Source: Planctomycetota bacterium
GTDB taxonomy: Bacteria > Planctomycetota > UBA1135 > UBA2386
Reading direction: 5' to 3'
Assembly: GCA_046290465.1 (NCBI GenBank)
Contig: JBKAGP010000001.1
Location: 5,728,001-5,792,000, forward strand
DNA length: 64,000 nucleotides
Shown one piece after another: positions 28,324 to 39,367 of this stretch. How positions within the stretch are numbered: the stretch's first letter is position 1; every line of letters starts with the position of its first letter. The translations under genes and the position numbers were made by a program. The notes under the pieces are model-generated. The model was not told where the DNA came from. It worked only from the letters and a program-made list of their open reading frames with translations, and made no database searches.

Positions 28324-29266
28324 CGTCCCACGTGTCGGTGGCGAGGTCGTAGCGCCAGAGGATGTTGCTGCGCCCCTCGATCGGCATGCCGCCGACGATC
28401 CAGAGCGCGTCACCGGCCGCGACGGCGACCGGCATCGCCGCCTGCGCGGGCGGCCCGGCGTGTTCGGTCCAGGTCGCCGTGTCGGGGCGGTATCGGTAGC
28501 TGAGGTTGCCGGGCAGGCCGCCGAGCAGCCACAGGGAGCCGCGGTGCACGACGTGGCCGGTGAACTTCGCCCACAGGCCATGCGGGCAGTCGTCGATGCG
28601 GACCCAGTCGCCGTCGAGGCGCACCCAGTGTTCGCGCAGCATGTCGCTGACGTCGGAGTCGATGCCGCCGAGCACGTGCAGTTCGCCGCCGAGCGCGCAG
28701 ACGAAGTGGAAGTGGTCGCCGTGCGCGAACGTCGGCGGCGGCGCGTGTGCGGTGACCGAGCCGGTCACCAGGTCGACCTCGTGGAAGCCGGTAGCGACCT
28801 CGGGGAAGCCGCCGAGCACCCAGGCGCTGCCGTCGAGCACGCACGCCCCGAAGTGCGAGCGCGGCAGGCGGCCGTCGGCCGGCACCAGTTGGTGCCAGCG
28901 GTCGGTCGCCGCGTCGTAGCGTTCGACCGACGCGCCGATCGCGACCACGTCGCCTGCGTGCACACCCGAACCGAAGAACGTGTGCGGCTGCGGGCAGTCG
29001 GCGCGCCGCCGCCAGGTGTCGTCGCCGTCGGCGAGCCACAGCGTCTGGTGCGGGCCGCGCTCGGTGCCGGCACCGCGCGGGTGGCCGCCGATGCACAGGT
29101 AGCCACCGGCGACGCGTTCGATCCGGTGGCCGTGGCGTCGCTCGGGCAACGCCGCGAGTGGGGCCGTCGCTGCCGGGGTCGGCGCCTCCCGGTTCGCCGC
29201 ATCCGGGTTCCCCGCATCCGGGGCGACGCAGCCAGCCAACAGCAGCAATACGAACGACTTCGACAT
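28304..29266 (-). CDS. Kelch-repeat lipoprotein
   Basis: LLLAGC lipobox; repeated GG motifs (LCIGG, WVLGG, HVLGG, WLLGG, WIVGG) with YDxxTDxW. Confidence 0.85.
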   Translation of the reverse strand: MSKSFVLLLLAGCVAPDAGNPDAANREAPTPAATAPLAALPERRHGHRIERVAGGYLCIGGHPRGAGTERGPHQTLWLADGDDTWRRRADCPQPHTFFGSGVHAGDVVAIGASVERYDAATDRWHQLVPADGRLPRSHFGACVLDGSAWVLGGFPEVATGFHEVDLVTGSVTAHAPPPTFAHGDHFHFVCALGGELHVLGGIDSDVSDMLREHWVRLDGDWVRIDDCPHGLWAKFTGHVVHRGSLWLLGGLPGNLSYRYRPDTATWTEHAGPPAQAAMPVAVAAGDALWIVGGMPIEGRSNILWRYDLATDTWDARSASM

Positions 29267-29322
29267 GGCGCGCATGGGCACCCGGACGACGCGCTGCTCT
29301 GCGTGTTATCGGGCCCGTCCCA

Positions 29323-29760
29323 CTAATGCAGTGCTTCAGGCAGATGGAGAATTGTCCGAGAGCGCCGCTTCTACGCGCGAGGCCTTAGCCTGGATGTCCG
29401 ATGCCCTCGCGGTCCAGATGAGCGGTTTCGGCGCCAGAATATGCTCGTCGATGTAGTTCTTGATGGCTGCGACGAGCGCGCGAACGCGCGGAGACATACC
29501 TCAACGGATGCGCTTGGTCGTGATGTTGCGGAAGAAGCGCTCGACCACGTTGAACCATGATGCGCTCGTTGGCGTGAAGTGCATGTGGAATCGCGGGTTT
29601 CGCGCGAGCCACTCGTTCACATTCTCGCGCTTGTGCGTCGCGTAGTTGTCCGCGATCACGTGAACCGCCATGTGTTTCGGCGTCTCCCGATCGATGAGCC
29701 GCAGGAACTTCAGCCACTCCGAGTGTCGGTGCCGATTCGATGCACATGCTGATCGGCAGC
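29323..29760 (-). pseudogene. IS630-family transposase, 3' fragment (degenerate)
   Basis: RHRHSEWLKFLRLIDRETP...VHVIADNYATHK...RFHMHFTPTSASWFNVVERFF...KRIR*G...KPLIWTA; premature TGA at 29501-29503 and a frameshift near 29738. Confidence 0.9.
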
Positions 29761-29822
29761 CGACCCCGCAATCGGACGCGTGAAGTGGGGCCGTATGGTC
29801 GAACCGCGGTGGCTGACGGTCC

Positions 29823-29850
29823 TTGACAACGAGAGGATGCGAGGTAGATT
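29823..29850 (+). promoter_or_regulatory. Possible sigma-70 promoter for the cargo genes
   Basis: TTGACA (29823-28), 16-nt spacer, TAGATT (29845-50), about 150 bp upstream of ATG 30004. Confidence 0.3.
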
Positions 29851-30003
29851 CGCGCTCCTCCCGAGGAGTTAAACGGGCTTCCGCTTCGGGCCGCTCGCGT
29901 CGTCGTCCCTGGTTCCTAATCAGTATTATTGCCCGGTTGACGCATCCGTCCTTTGGCTGTCGGGGTGGGTTCGACGCTTGATCACTCAACGCAATCTGTG
30001 CGC

Positions 30004-30882
30004 ATGAAGAGGATCTTTCTGGGGTGCGCGATACTGATCGCCGCGGCCTTCTTTCTTGTGTCGCTACAGCAGGGGGCGGCATTACGCGGTAAGGCCAACC
30101 CCGAGCAAGCCAAGCCATCTTTTTCCACGGCTGGGGACGTTGTTGCCGACTCTGATTCCACCAATTATCCGGCTCGCTTGTCCAGCGCACGGGAATCGCA
30201 GCCCCCGACGCGCGGTGACCTGGCGTCCGAAGAGGGTTCGGATGGCGGGGGCGAAGGAGACGCAGAGTGGCGGCAATTTCAGTATAACCGACGTGCGTTA
30301 TTGCAGCTTCTTAATAGTGGCGGCTGGGAGGCTATTCGCGCCGGCGCGTGGAAAAACTGCCATCTCAATCCTCGCACTAGCTATGTCCCCCCTGCATACC
30401 GCGAAATGATCGACTTCGGGCGCTCGCTCTTTCAAGAGTATCGCGCGGCTGTCAGTGCAAGAAGGGCGCAGCAGTTCGCTGAGCTCGAAGCAATGGCGAT
30501 GGCTGGTCAGCTTATCCCTTTGGAGCAGCAGGTTGACCCTAAGAAGTTCAGGCGGCGCGAAGGGATGATCCGGTCTCTGTATTCGGGCTCACCTCCAACG
30601 GAAGTTGAGCGGCGAGTCGCGGACGCCGCCAAGTGGAGCCCGACGACTTGGAAGGGGGCTGCGGACAAGGACGTCGTGATGGCTGTCGATGGACGCTTCT
30701 ATGCAGTCAAGTTTGAGCAGCTTCCTAAGACAAGTATTTTGATTGAAGCTGAGCGCGAGGCTCGTCAGAAGATTGCAGAGTTTCTTGTTGCCACCTTCGC
30801 ATTCGCGAACGCCCTCACGAAAAAAGAGGGAGGCGCGCTGTCGGAAAAAATCCGAGTTGCCCCAGTTCTAACGCATCATTAG
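30004..30882 (+). CDS. Hypothetical protein with N-terminal signal/TM anchor (island cargo)
   Basis: MKRIFLGCAILIAAAFFLV; 292-codon ORF in an AT-richer segment; stop overlaps the next gene's RBS. Confidence 0.7.
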   Translation: MKRIFLGCAILIAAAFFLVSLQQGAALRGKANPEQAKPSFSTAGDVVADSDSTNYPARLSSARESQPPTRGDLASEEGSDGGGEGDAEWRQFQYNRRALLQLLNSGGWEAIRAGAWKNCHLNPRTSYVPPAYREMIDFGRSLFQEYRAAVSARRAQQFAELEAMAMAGQLIPLEQQVDPKKFRRREGMIRSLYSGSPPTEVERRVADAAKWSPTTWKGAADKDVVMAVDGRFYAVKFEQLPKTSILIEAEREARQKIAEFLVATFAFANALTKKEGGALSEKIRVAPVLTHH

Positions 30883-30889
30883 GAGGAAG

Positions 30890-31393
30890 ATGTTCGTAAA
30901 GTCTCTTTTTGTCACCGTGTTGGGTTCGATGTTTGCGTCGATTCCGTTTGGCTAGCCCTTCCACCGCACGCTGGATTGTGGTGACTGCACGGCTGAAGTT
31001 GTCGGGGCGCAGCCTGTTCAGGGGCAGTATGTTCTCGATGACGGGTCCGTCTTGAAAGTCGCCTGGAACCTTCCCGTTGAACATACAGATGGTTGTCTTC
31101 TCGTTCAGCCCGACTGCGTCCAGCTTGGTTGTGATGCTCGTCAGCAGGGGACTCTCAACCACCCATTCATTGACAAGCGGACACAGTCTGGCACGCTGAA
31201 TCCAGACGGAAGTATCAACTGGGGTGGTTGGACAGCGTGGGCCGGCGACGGTGGAGTAGTGGATGCCCGCGTGCAGATTTGCGGAGATGTTGAGGCCGTA
31301 GAGTATCGCTTCATGAGCGGCGGAGCTGGCGACGCGGTTGAGGTTGGACCTCGGGCGCTTGTCATCGTGCTTTGCGAGAGCTGCGACGAGTAG
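30890..31393 (+). pseudogene. Cys-rich secreted protein interrupted by in-frame TAG at codon 22
   Basis: AGGAGG at 30881, ATG 30890, signal MFVKSLFVTVLGSMFASIPFG, TAG 30953-55, then the same frame continues PFHRTLDCGDC...LCESCDE* (8 Cys). Confidence 0.7.
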
Positions 31394-32069
31394 GCACACG
31401 GAGACGATCCCCTTCGGATTCTGTCGCTGCCTCCGAAGCGCTGCAGGTGTCGATGGCGTTTGATCACCTTGGCGCTGTCATGTGGCGCACGGGTAACGTC
31501 ACGGTTCGCTGCAATTGGTGTCAGTCGCTACTCGGCTACTTGGAATCCCAGGCGACTTAGTTCTGCGAGTAGCGCATGGCCTACAGGATCCTGCACAGTG
31601 CGTGGTGCGACATTACTTATCCTGCACTCGAAGACCGCGCGTCGTGCACATTCGAAGATATCGGTGGGGCGCGTGTGTTGAGCTGCACGTCAGGCAGCTT
31701 GGGATGAAGCTTCGGCAAAACCTGTAGGTTCGTTGGGGGCTTTATGGCGTTCCGTGGCGGATGAGTCCGCCGACGTCCTGCTGTGTGGTGCGAGCTTGAT
31801 CACGTCCAGGTCGCGGACCGAATGCGAAAGCGCGTCGAAGCCTAGGGACCTTAGAGCCTCGCGAGCATCACGAGCGAGCGCCGCTCGGCGACGGACCTTG
31901 GTGAGAACCACGGAGGCAAGCGGGGGCGTCGCGGGTGGATGCTGGTGGCGTAATCGATGTACGACCGCGTTTCGCGAGGGACTCCGCATCGAGGAGCGAT
32001 GCAGCGATCGGGAACGCCGCCAGATCCGAGAGCACGCAGTGTGCGTGTGACCTCTTCGAGCCCTCCAGG

Positions 32070-32262
32070 TTCATCGCAAGGGGCCGACCGTCTTCGGCTG
32101 CACTTCGAGCACTTCCGCGATCGCGTCGCATTCCGGCTGCGGCTCGCAGGGCGATATTCGCGCGAAGCACCAGGCGTGCCTGCGTGCTGCGACCGCGAGC
32201 GAACTTCTGCAGCTCGCGACGCTCGTCGTTCGTCAGTGTGATCGGAATGCAGCTACTCGCAT
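32070..32262 (-). pseudogene. IS630-family transposase, 5' HTH fragment (frameshifted)
   Basis: MRVAA/PITLTNDERRELQKFARGRSTQARLVLRANIALRAAAGM/DAIAEVLEVQPKTVG assembled across two frameshifts. Confidence 0.8.
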
Positions 32263-32329
32263 CGCGTCGGCCTCACAAATAGCCAACGCAGCACGCTCCG
32301 CATGCTTGCATCTATTTCCGATGCCTAAG

Positions 32330-33817
<1,488 letters not shown>

Positions 33818-33959
33818 CGAGCGGCGCCTGCAGCCGTGGTGGGGGTCTCGTTCATCGAGCGCAGCTTACGGCGGGCGACCGCCGGTCCGTGTGCACAAAG
33901 CGGCTCGCGGCACGCGATTCGCATGCGCGGGCGGCCAGCGGACCAGCGGTTGGGCGTCG

Positions 33960-34322
33960 CTAGGCCCGCAGCATCGCGCCGAGCCAGTGCGCCTGGATGC
34001 CGACCAGCGGCATCACGACCACGCAGGCGGCGGCGACGTCGCGGCGCCGCAGGCGGCGAGCCGCGAGCAGCAGGGCGGCGGCGAGCAGCAGGGTCGCGAT
34101 GCCACCGAAGACGTAGAGCTCGACCACGCGGGTCGCCCCGAACGGCTGCGCGATGGCGCAGCCCGGCAGCCACGCCGGCACGATCGGCAGCAGCTGCAGG
34201 TAGGTCGCGACGGACTGCTCGTTGCCGGTCAGCGGGCCGACGGCGAACGGCACCAGGGTCGGCAGGTAGAGCGCCAGCAGCGTGATCGCGATCGCCTGCT
34301 GCCACGGGCGCCGCGCCGTCAC
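33960..34322 (-). CDS. Small membrane protein
   Basis: Three to four hydrophobic segments; GTGA coupling to the upstream gene. Confidence 0.6.
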   Translation of the reverse strand: MTARRPWQQAIAITLLALYLPTLVPFAVGPLTGNEQSVATYLQLLPIVPAWLPGCAIAQPFGATRVVELYVFGGIATLLLAAALLLAARRLRRRDVAAACVVVMPLVGIQAHWLGAMLRA

Positions 34323-34675
34323 GCGCCGCCTCCGCGCGCGGCCCGCAGCGCCGCCAGCCGCGGCGCGCGCGCCGCGATCTGCTGTTCGTAGCGCTGCCGG
34401 GCGGCCGTCACCTCAGAGTCCAGCTGGGCGCGTTCGTCGGCATCGACGCACGCGTCGAGCAGATCCTGCAGCCGCAGCCACTCCTTGCGCGCCTCGAGCT
34501 CCGGCGGCACGAAGCCGTTGGACTTCAGCAGCAGGTAGCTGGTGCGCAGCTCGTCGGGCACCGCGGTGACGTCCTCGAGTTCGAGCGGCCGGCCGCTGCC
34601 CGGCAGGCCGCGGAACACGCCGTCTCGTTCGGCGCGCTGCAGGCGTTCTTCGACGATCCGCTCGAACGGCTCCAT
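34319..34675 (-). CDS. DUF1992 (DnaJC28-like) domain protein
   Basis: IVEERLQRAERDGVFRGLPGSGRPL...LLKSNGFVPPELE. Confidence 0.88.
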   Translation of the reverse strand: MEPFERIVEERLQRAERDGVFRGLPGSGRPLELEDVTAVPDELRTSYLLLKSNGFVPPELEARKEWLRLQDLLDACVDADERAQLDSEVTAARQRYEQQIAARAPRLAALRAARGGGA

Positions 34676-34755
34676 CGCCCGATCCTACCGCCGATCGGGG
34701 CGCTGTGGATCCGAACGGCCCACGCCGGTCGCGTCGGTGGCCCGAGCCGGCCCGG

Positions 34756-35142
34756 TCAGCGCGGTGCCGATGCCAGCGGCGGGTCCGCCGGGGCCTGCAT
34801 CTGCTGCAGCGACTGCAGCAGGCTGACGCGCCAGCCGTCCAGTTCGCGCACGGCGACCATCGGGGTGCGCAGCTCGCCGCAGCGCAGCGGCACGACGGCG
34901 CGGCGATCGTCGAGGTGGCGGGCCGCGCCGACCTCGTAGGGGCCGAGGTCGCGGTAGTCGATGCGCGGGCCGCGGCGCCGTTCGTCGGCCACCAGGCAGC
35001 TGCACGCGGCGTGCTGGTCCCCGGCCCGCCCGGCCTCGACGAACCTGCGCACGGCCGCCTCGGGCGTGCCGCTGCCGGCGGCCGGCGCGGACGGACCGCA
35101 TGCGGCGGGCAGCAGCAGGCACAGCACGGCGAGCAGGCGCAT
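34756..35142 (-). CDS. Small lipoprotein (NTF2/DUF4878-like)
   Basis: LPAAC lipobox; TPEAAVRRFVEA...VRELDGWRV. Confidence 0.6.
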   Translation of the reverse strand: MRLLAVLCLLLPAACGPSAPAAGSGTPEAAVRRFVEAGRAGDQHAACSCLVADERRRGPRIDYRDLGPYEVGAARHLDDRRAVVPLRCGELRTPMVAVRELDGWRVSLLQSLQQMQAPADPPLASAPR

Positions 35143-35251
35143 GCTCCGACATCGAGTCGGCGCCGGGGCGACTGGAGCGCGGCAGCGGCGGTGGCTCGAT
35201 GCGGGACACATCGGCCTTGCCGCCGCGCGTTCCCCTCGCCACCATGCCGGC

Positions 35252-35920
35252 ATGAAGGACCTGTTGCCCGCGGTCGAGATCGATCCCGCCGGAACGGCGC
35301 GCGCGTCGGTCGTCTGGCTGCACGGCCTCGGCGCCGACGGCCACGACTTCGCGGCGATCGTGCCCGAGCTGCGTCTGCCCGACGAACTGGGCGTGCGGTT
35401 CGTGTTCCCGCACGCGCCGTCGATCCCGGTGACGATCAACGGCGGCATGGTGATGCCGGCCTGGTACGACATCGCCGAGGTCGACCTGCAGCGCCGCCAC
35501 GACGAGGCCGGGGTGCGGGCCTCGGATCGGCAGGTCCGGGCGCTGCTCGCGCGCGAACACGAGCGCGGCGTGCCGTGGGACCGCATCGTGCTGGCCGGGT
35601 TCTCGCAGGGCGGCGCGATCGCGCTGTTCACCGGGCTCAGGCATCCGCAGCGGCTGGCCGGCGTCATCGCGCTGTCGACCTACCTGGTCGTCGGCGAGAG
35701 CTTCGAGGCCGAGCGTTCGGCGGCCAACCAGGACGTGCCGATCCTGCAGGCGCACGGCAGCCTCGACCCGATGGTGCCGATCGAGCGCGGTGAGGCCGCG
35801 CGCGCCGTGCTCGATCGGCACGGTTACGACGTCGCCTTCCACTCCTACCCGATGCCGCACAGCGTCTGTCCCGAAGAGATCGCGACCGTTCGGGAATTCC
35901 TGGTGCGCGTGCTGGGTTGA
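35252..35920 (+). CDS. Phospholipase/carboxylesterase (alpha/beta hydrolase)
   Basis: WLHGLGADG, MPAWYDI, GFSQGG, HGSLDPMVP, MPHSV. Confidence 0.93.
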   Translation: MKDLLPAVEIDPAGTARASVVWLHGLGADGHDFAAIVPELRLPDELGVRFVFPHAPSIPVTINGGMVMPAWYDIAEVDLQRRHDEAGVRASDRQVRALLAREHERGVPWDRIVLAGFSQGGAIALFTGLRHPQRLAGVIALSTYLVVGESFEAERSAANQDVPILQAHGSLDPMVPIERGEAARAVLDRHGYDVAFHSYPMPHSVCPEEIATVREFLVRVLG

Positions 35921-35926
35921 GTCCAT

Positions 35927-36733
35927 GTGAGCGCGTTGATGAACCAGCCCGGTTTCGACCAACTGCAACGACGCCTGCAGCCGCTGCGCGAGCGCCTGCT
36001 CGCGCATCCGGTCTACGCCGCCCTGCGAACGGTCGGGGACCTGCGCACGTTCCTGTCGCTGCACGTGTTCGCGGTGTGGGACTTCATGTCCCTGCTCAAG
36101 GCCCTGCAGCGCCGGTTGACCTCGCTCGACGAGGTCTGGCGACCGGTCGGGGATCGCGATGCGCGGCGGCTGGTCAACGAGATCGTGCTCGGCGAGGAGA
36201 GCGACGAGGTGCAGGGCCGCTACGTCAGCCACTTCGAGATGTATGTCGAGGCGATCCATCAGGCCGGCGGCTCGACGGCCGCGATCGACGCGGTGTTCGC
36301 GCGGCTCGATGCCGGCGACGACGTGCTGACGGCGCTGTCGGCGGCGCCGGTTGCGGCGCGGCGCTTCTCGACCACCACGTTCGAGGTGGTGCGCAGCGGC
36401 TCGCTGCCGGCGATCGCGGCGGCGTTCACGCTCGGGCGCGAGGACGTGATCCCGTCGATGTTCACCGAGCTGGTCCGCGACCTGCACCGCCAGGGTCGCG
36501 CCGACACGAGCCTGCTGGTCGACTACCTGGATCGCCACATCGAACTCGACGGCGACCACCACGGGCCGATGGCCGCCCGGCTGTTGGCGAGCGTCTGTGG
36601 CGACGACGAGGGGCGCTGGCGCGAGGCGGAGCAGGCCGCGGCGGCGGCGCTGCGTGCGCGCATCGAGCTGTGGGACGCCGTGCTGGCCGCGCTGGCTGGG
36701 CAGGCGCCCACTGGCGACGCTACTTCGCGTTGA
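35927..36733 (+). CDS. DUF3050 family (heme-oxygenase-like fold) protein
   Basis: HVFAVWDFMSLLKALQ, INEI-like VNEIVLGEESD, SHFEMY, YLDRHIELDGDHHGP. Confidence 0.88.
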   Translation: MSALMNQPGFDQLQRRLQPLRERLLAHPVYAALRTVGDLRTFLSLHVFAVWDFMSLLKALQRRLTSLDEVWRPVGDRDARRLVNEIVLGEESDEVQGRYVSHFEMYVEAIHQAGGSTAAIDAVFARLDAGDDVLTALSAAPVAARRFSTTTFEVVRSGSLPAIAAAFTLGREDVIPSMFTELVRDLHRQGRADTSLLVDYLDRHIELDGDHHGPMAARLLASVCGDDEGRWREAEQAAAAALRARIELWDAVLAALAGQAPTGDATSR

Positions 36734-38321
36734 GCTCGACCTCGAAGTCTTCGGCCAGGGCGTGCGCCCGGTCGGTCGGCATCGGCCCGTCCCACGGCCA
36801 GGTCGCGTTGACGTAGTCGGGCAGGTTGAGCAGCATGCCCTCGGCGCCGCGCAGGTGCAGCGTGCGCGCCGGCATCACGTCGGTCGCGCGCCACAGGCCT
36901 TCGACGTGCCACTGCTGGCCGTGGTCGTGGCCGAGCACGCGGGACCAGACGCCGCCGCGCACGGGCTGCACGATTGGGTTGCTGGTCGCCGCGTTCTTGG
37001 CGATCTCGACGTCGTAGTCGGTGACCATCGACGCGGTCTCGCCGACGAACGCGTGCGCCGGCAGGCCGGCGACCAGCGGCTGCACGATCGCCAGCGACGG
37101 CCGTTCGCCGCGGGCCTTGCGGGTGATGCGCAGCTCGGCCGCCTGCAGCTGCGCGTCGGCGAGTTCGCGCAGCGCCCGCTCGGCGCGCGCGCACGCCGCC
37201 ATGTCGTCGTCGACGACCAGGGTCGGGCCGTACATCGCGACGGTGCCGTCGTCGCCGCCGAGGAACGACGCCAGTGACTGCGGCGACAGCACCGGCAGCT
37301 CGGCGACCGGGCCGAAGTCGCCGCGCTCCTCGCCGGCGAACGGGCCGGCGTAGACCGAGAACCGGGCCGGCACCTGGGCCTGCCACGCGCTCGCCGGGAA
37401 CACCATCAGGTTGCCCTGCGGCGGGCCGGGCGGCGTGACGATGCGCGCGTGCACCGCGAACAGGAACTGCATGCCGTCCTTACTGGCTTCGCGCGCGCCG
37501 ACGATCAGGCCGTCGCCGCTGCGCACGCGGCCGGCGAAGGTCACGTAGCCGGCGCCTCGGCTGACGAAGTCGACGTTGGGCTTGTCGCCGCCGGTCGCGA
37601 TCTCGACCGCCTCGTCGCCCTCGGCGATCCGCCACGAGCCGTGCAGCAGCAGGTCGTCACCGGGCAGCGCGTGCGCGGTCACCGCGACGCGCACGCCGCG
37701 GAAGCTCGCCTCGACCTTGGGGTCGTGGATGGTCGCCTCCTCGGCGACCTCCGCGTCGAGGTCGCGCACGTACGAGGTCCAGCGCGCGTCGCCGAGCTGG
37801 ACCGAGCCGCCCGGCCGCGTGCTCGCCTTCGCCGACCAGATTGGCGGCGTGTTGGCGAGCCGCGCCTGCATGCTCTTCTGGTCCGACCAGGCGCTCGGCA
37901 GGCCGTTGGCCGGCATCGGCAGGCGGTAGGCGGTGATCTCGATGCTGCGGCTCAGCGCCGCGGCCATCGTGTCGAGGTCGAGCAGGCAGGCGTTGACGGC
38001 CGCCTTGTTGCCGCGCAGCGTCACGCGCGATTCGTCGAAGGCCAGTCGCAGTTCGCCGCTGTCGATCGCCCGCGCGTGGCGGGACTTCAGCACCTTCTCG
38101 ACCCACTCGGGGCTCTCGGCGTCGATCCGCGCCGACGCGTCGCGGGGGAGCTCACGGCGGTCGTCGACCTCGTCGAACGGCCGCTGGTTGCCGCTCTGCA
38201 GCGACGGCGACCGGAACGCCTGCAGCGAACGGACCGCGACGACCCGTTCGTCGGACTGCGCGCACAGCGCGGATACGAGACTCGCCAGCAACAGCATCGC
38301 CCTTAGCATCAGGGCGAGCAT
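36720..38321 (-). CDS. Exported protein with internally duplicated secretin-like module
   Basis: Signal ...ALCA|Q; two copies of YVRDLDAEVAEEATIHDP / MVTDYDVEIAKNAATSNP, each preceded by a secretin-N-like beta-beta-alpha segment. Confidence 0.6.
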   Translation of the reverse strand: MLALMLRAMLLLASLVSALCAQSDERVVAVRSLQAFRSPSLQSGNQRPFDEVDDRRELPRDASARIDAESPEWVEKVLKSRHARAIDSGELRLAFDESRVTLRGNKAAVNACLLDLDTMAAALSRSIEITAYRLPMPANGLPSAWSDQKSMQARLANTPPIWSAKASTRPGGSVQLGDARWTSYVRDLDAEVAEEATIHDPKVEASFRGVRVAVTAHALPGDDLLLHGSWRIAEGDEAVEIATGGDKPNVDFVSRGAGYVTFAGRVRSGDGLIVGAREASKDGMQFLFAVHARIVTPPGPPQGNLMVFPASAWQAQVPARFSVYAGPFAGEERGDFGPVAELPVLSPQSLASFLGGDDGTVAMYGPTLVVDDDMAACARAERALRELADAQLQAAELRITRKARGERPSLAIVQPLVAGLPAHAFVGETASMVTDYDVEIAKNAATSNPIVQPVRGGVWSRVLGHDHGQQWHVEGLWRATDVMPARTLHLRGAEGMLLNLPDYVNATWPWDGPMPTDRAHALAEDFEVELNAK

Positions 38322-38326
38322 AGCCC

Positions 38327-39367
38327 ATGCGTCCCGTCACCAATCCTCCCAACCCGTGGTCGTCCAGCCACACCGAGCTGCTCGGCGAAGCGCCGGACGC
38401 GCAGCTGCAGGTCTACGAGGAGGATGCCGGGTCGATCGTCGCCGAGAACCAGAGCCCGGACATCCCATTCCGCTGGTCGCTCAACCCGTATCGCGGCTGC
38501 TTTCACGGCTGCGCCTACTGCTACGCGCGGCCGACGCACCAGTACCTCGGCTTCGGCGCGGGCACCGACTTCGAGCGCCGCATCGTCGTCAAGCGCAACG
38601 CGGCGGCGCTGCTGCGGCACAAGCTGATGCGGCCGTCGTGGCGCGGCGAGAACCTGGTGTTCAGCGGCGTGACCGACTGCTACCAGCCGCTCGAGGCGAG
38701 CTACCGGCTGACGCGCGCCTGCCTCGAGGTGTGCGCAGAGTTCCGACAGCCGGTCGGCATCATCACCAAGGGCGCGCTGGTCGAACGCGACGTCGACCTG
38801 CTGGCGCGCCTCGCCGAGCACGGGGCGGCGACGGTGTTCGTCAGCGTGCCGTTCGCCGACGCCGAGGACTCGCGGGCGATCGAGCCGTTCGTGGCGTTGC
38901 CCGAGCGACGCCTGCGCGCGCTGCGCACGCTCGCCGATGCCGGCGTGCCGGTCGGCGTCAGCGTCTCGCCGCTGATCCCCGGCCTCAACGACCACCAGGT
39001 GCCGGCGATCCTCGAGGCGGCGCGCGACGCCGGCGCGACGCAGGCGTTCCACGTGCTGCTGCGCATGCCCGGCGAGGTCGAGCAGGTGTTCACCGAACGG
39101 CTGCAGCAGGCGTTCCCGCTGCGCGCCGAGAAGGTGCTGTCGCTGGTCCGGCAGATGCGCGGTGGCCGCCACAACGACGCGCGCTTCGGGTCGCGCATGA
39201 AGGGCGAGGGCGCGCGCTACCAGCTGATCGCGGATCTGTTCGACCGCACCGCGCGTCGGCTCGGCATGAGCGCGCCGCGACCGGCGACCGAGCCGAGCCC
39301 GTTCCGGCTGCCGCACCGGCAGCTCGGGCTGTTCGCCGCCGACCCGTGCGACGGAGGGCCGTCGTGA
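38327..39367 (+). CDS. PA0069/Rv2578c family radical SAM protein (SplB-like)
   Basis: SPDIPFRWSLNPYRGCFHGCAYCYARPTH, TDCYQPLE, PLIPGLND. Confidence 0.92.
   Translation: MRPVTNPPNPWSSSHTELLGEAPDAQLQVYEEDAGSIVAENQSPDIPFRWSLNPYRGCFHGCAYCYARPTHQYLGFGAGTDFERRIVVKRNAAALLRHKLMRPSWRGENLVFSGVTDCYQPLEASYRLTRACLEVCAEFRQPVGIITKGALVERDVDLLARLAEHGAATVFVSVPFADAEDSRAIEPFVALPERRLRALRTLADAGVPVGVSVSPLIPGLNDHQVPAILEAARDAGATQAFHVLLRMPGEVEQVFTERLQQAFPLRAEKVLSLVRQMRGGRHNDARFGSRMKGEGARYQLIADLFDRTARRLGMSAPRPATEPSPFRLPHRQLGLFAADPCDGGPS

Noticed and set aside
30953..30955. Pyrrolysine or recoded TAG
   Set aside because: TAG is used as a normal stop by many genes here and no pyl genes are visible. A CAG-to-TAG change is simpler.
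31400..32070. Short ORFs in the right part of the IS630-enclosed island
   Set aside because: They show no recognisable motifs, RBS or consistent codon bias and are probably decayed sequence.
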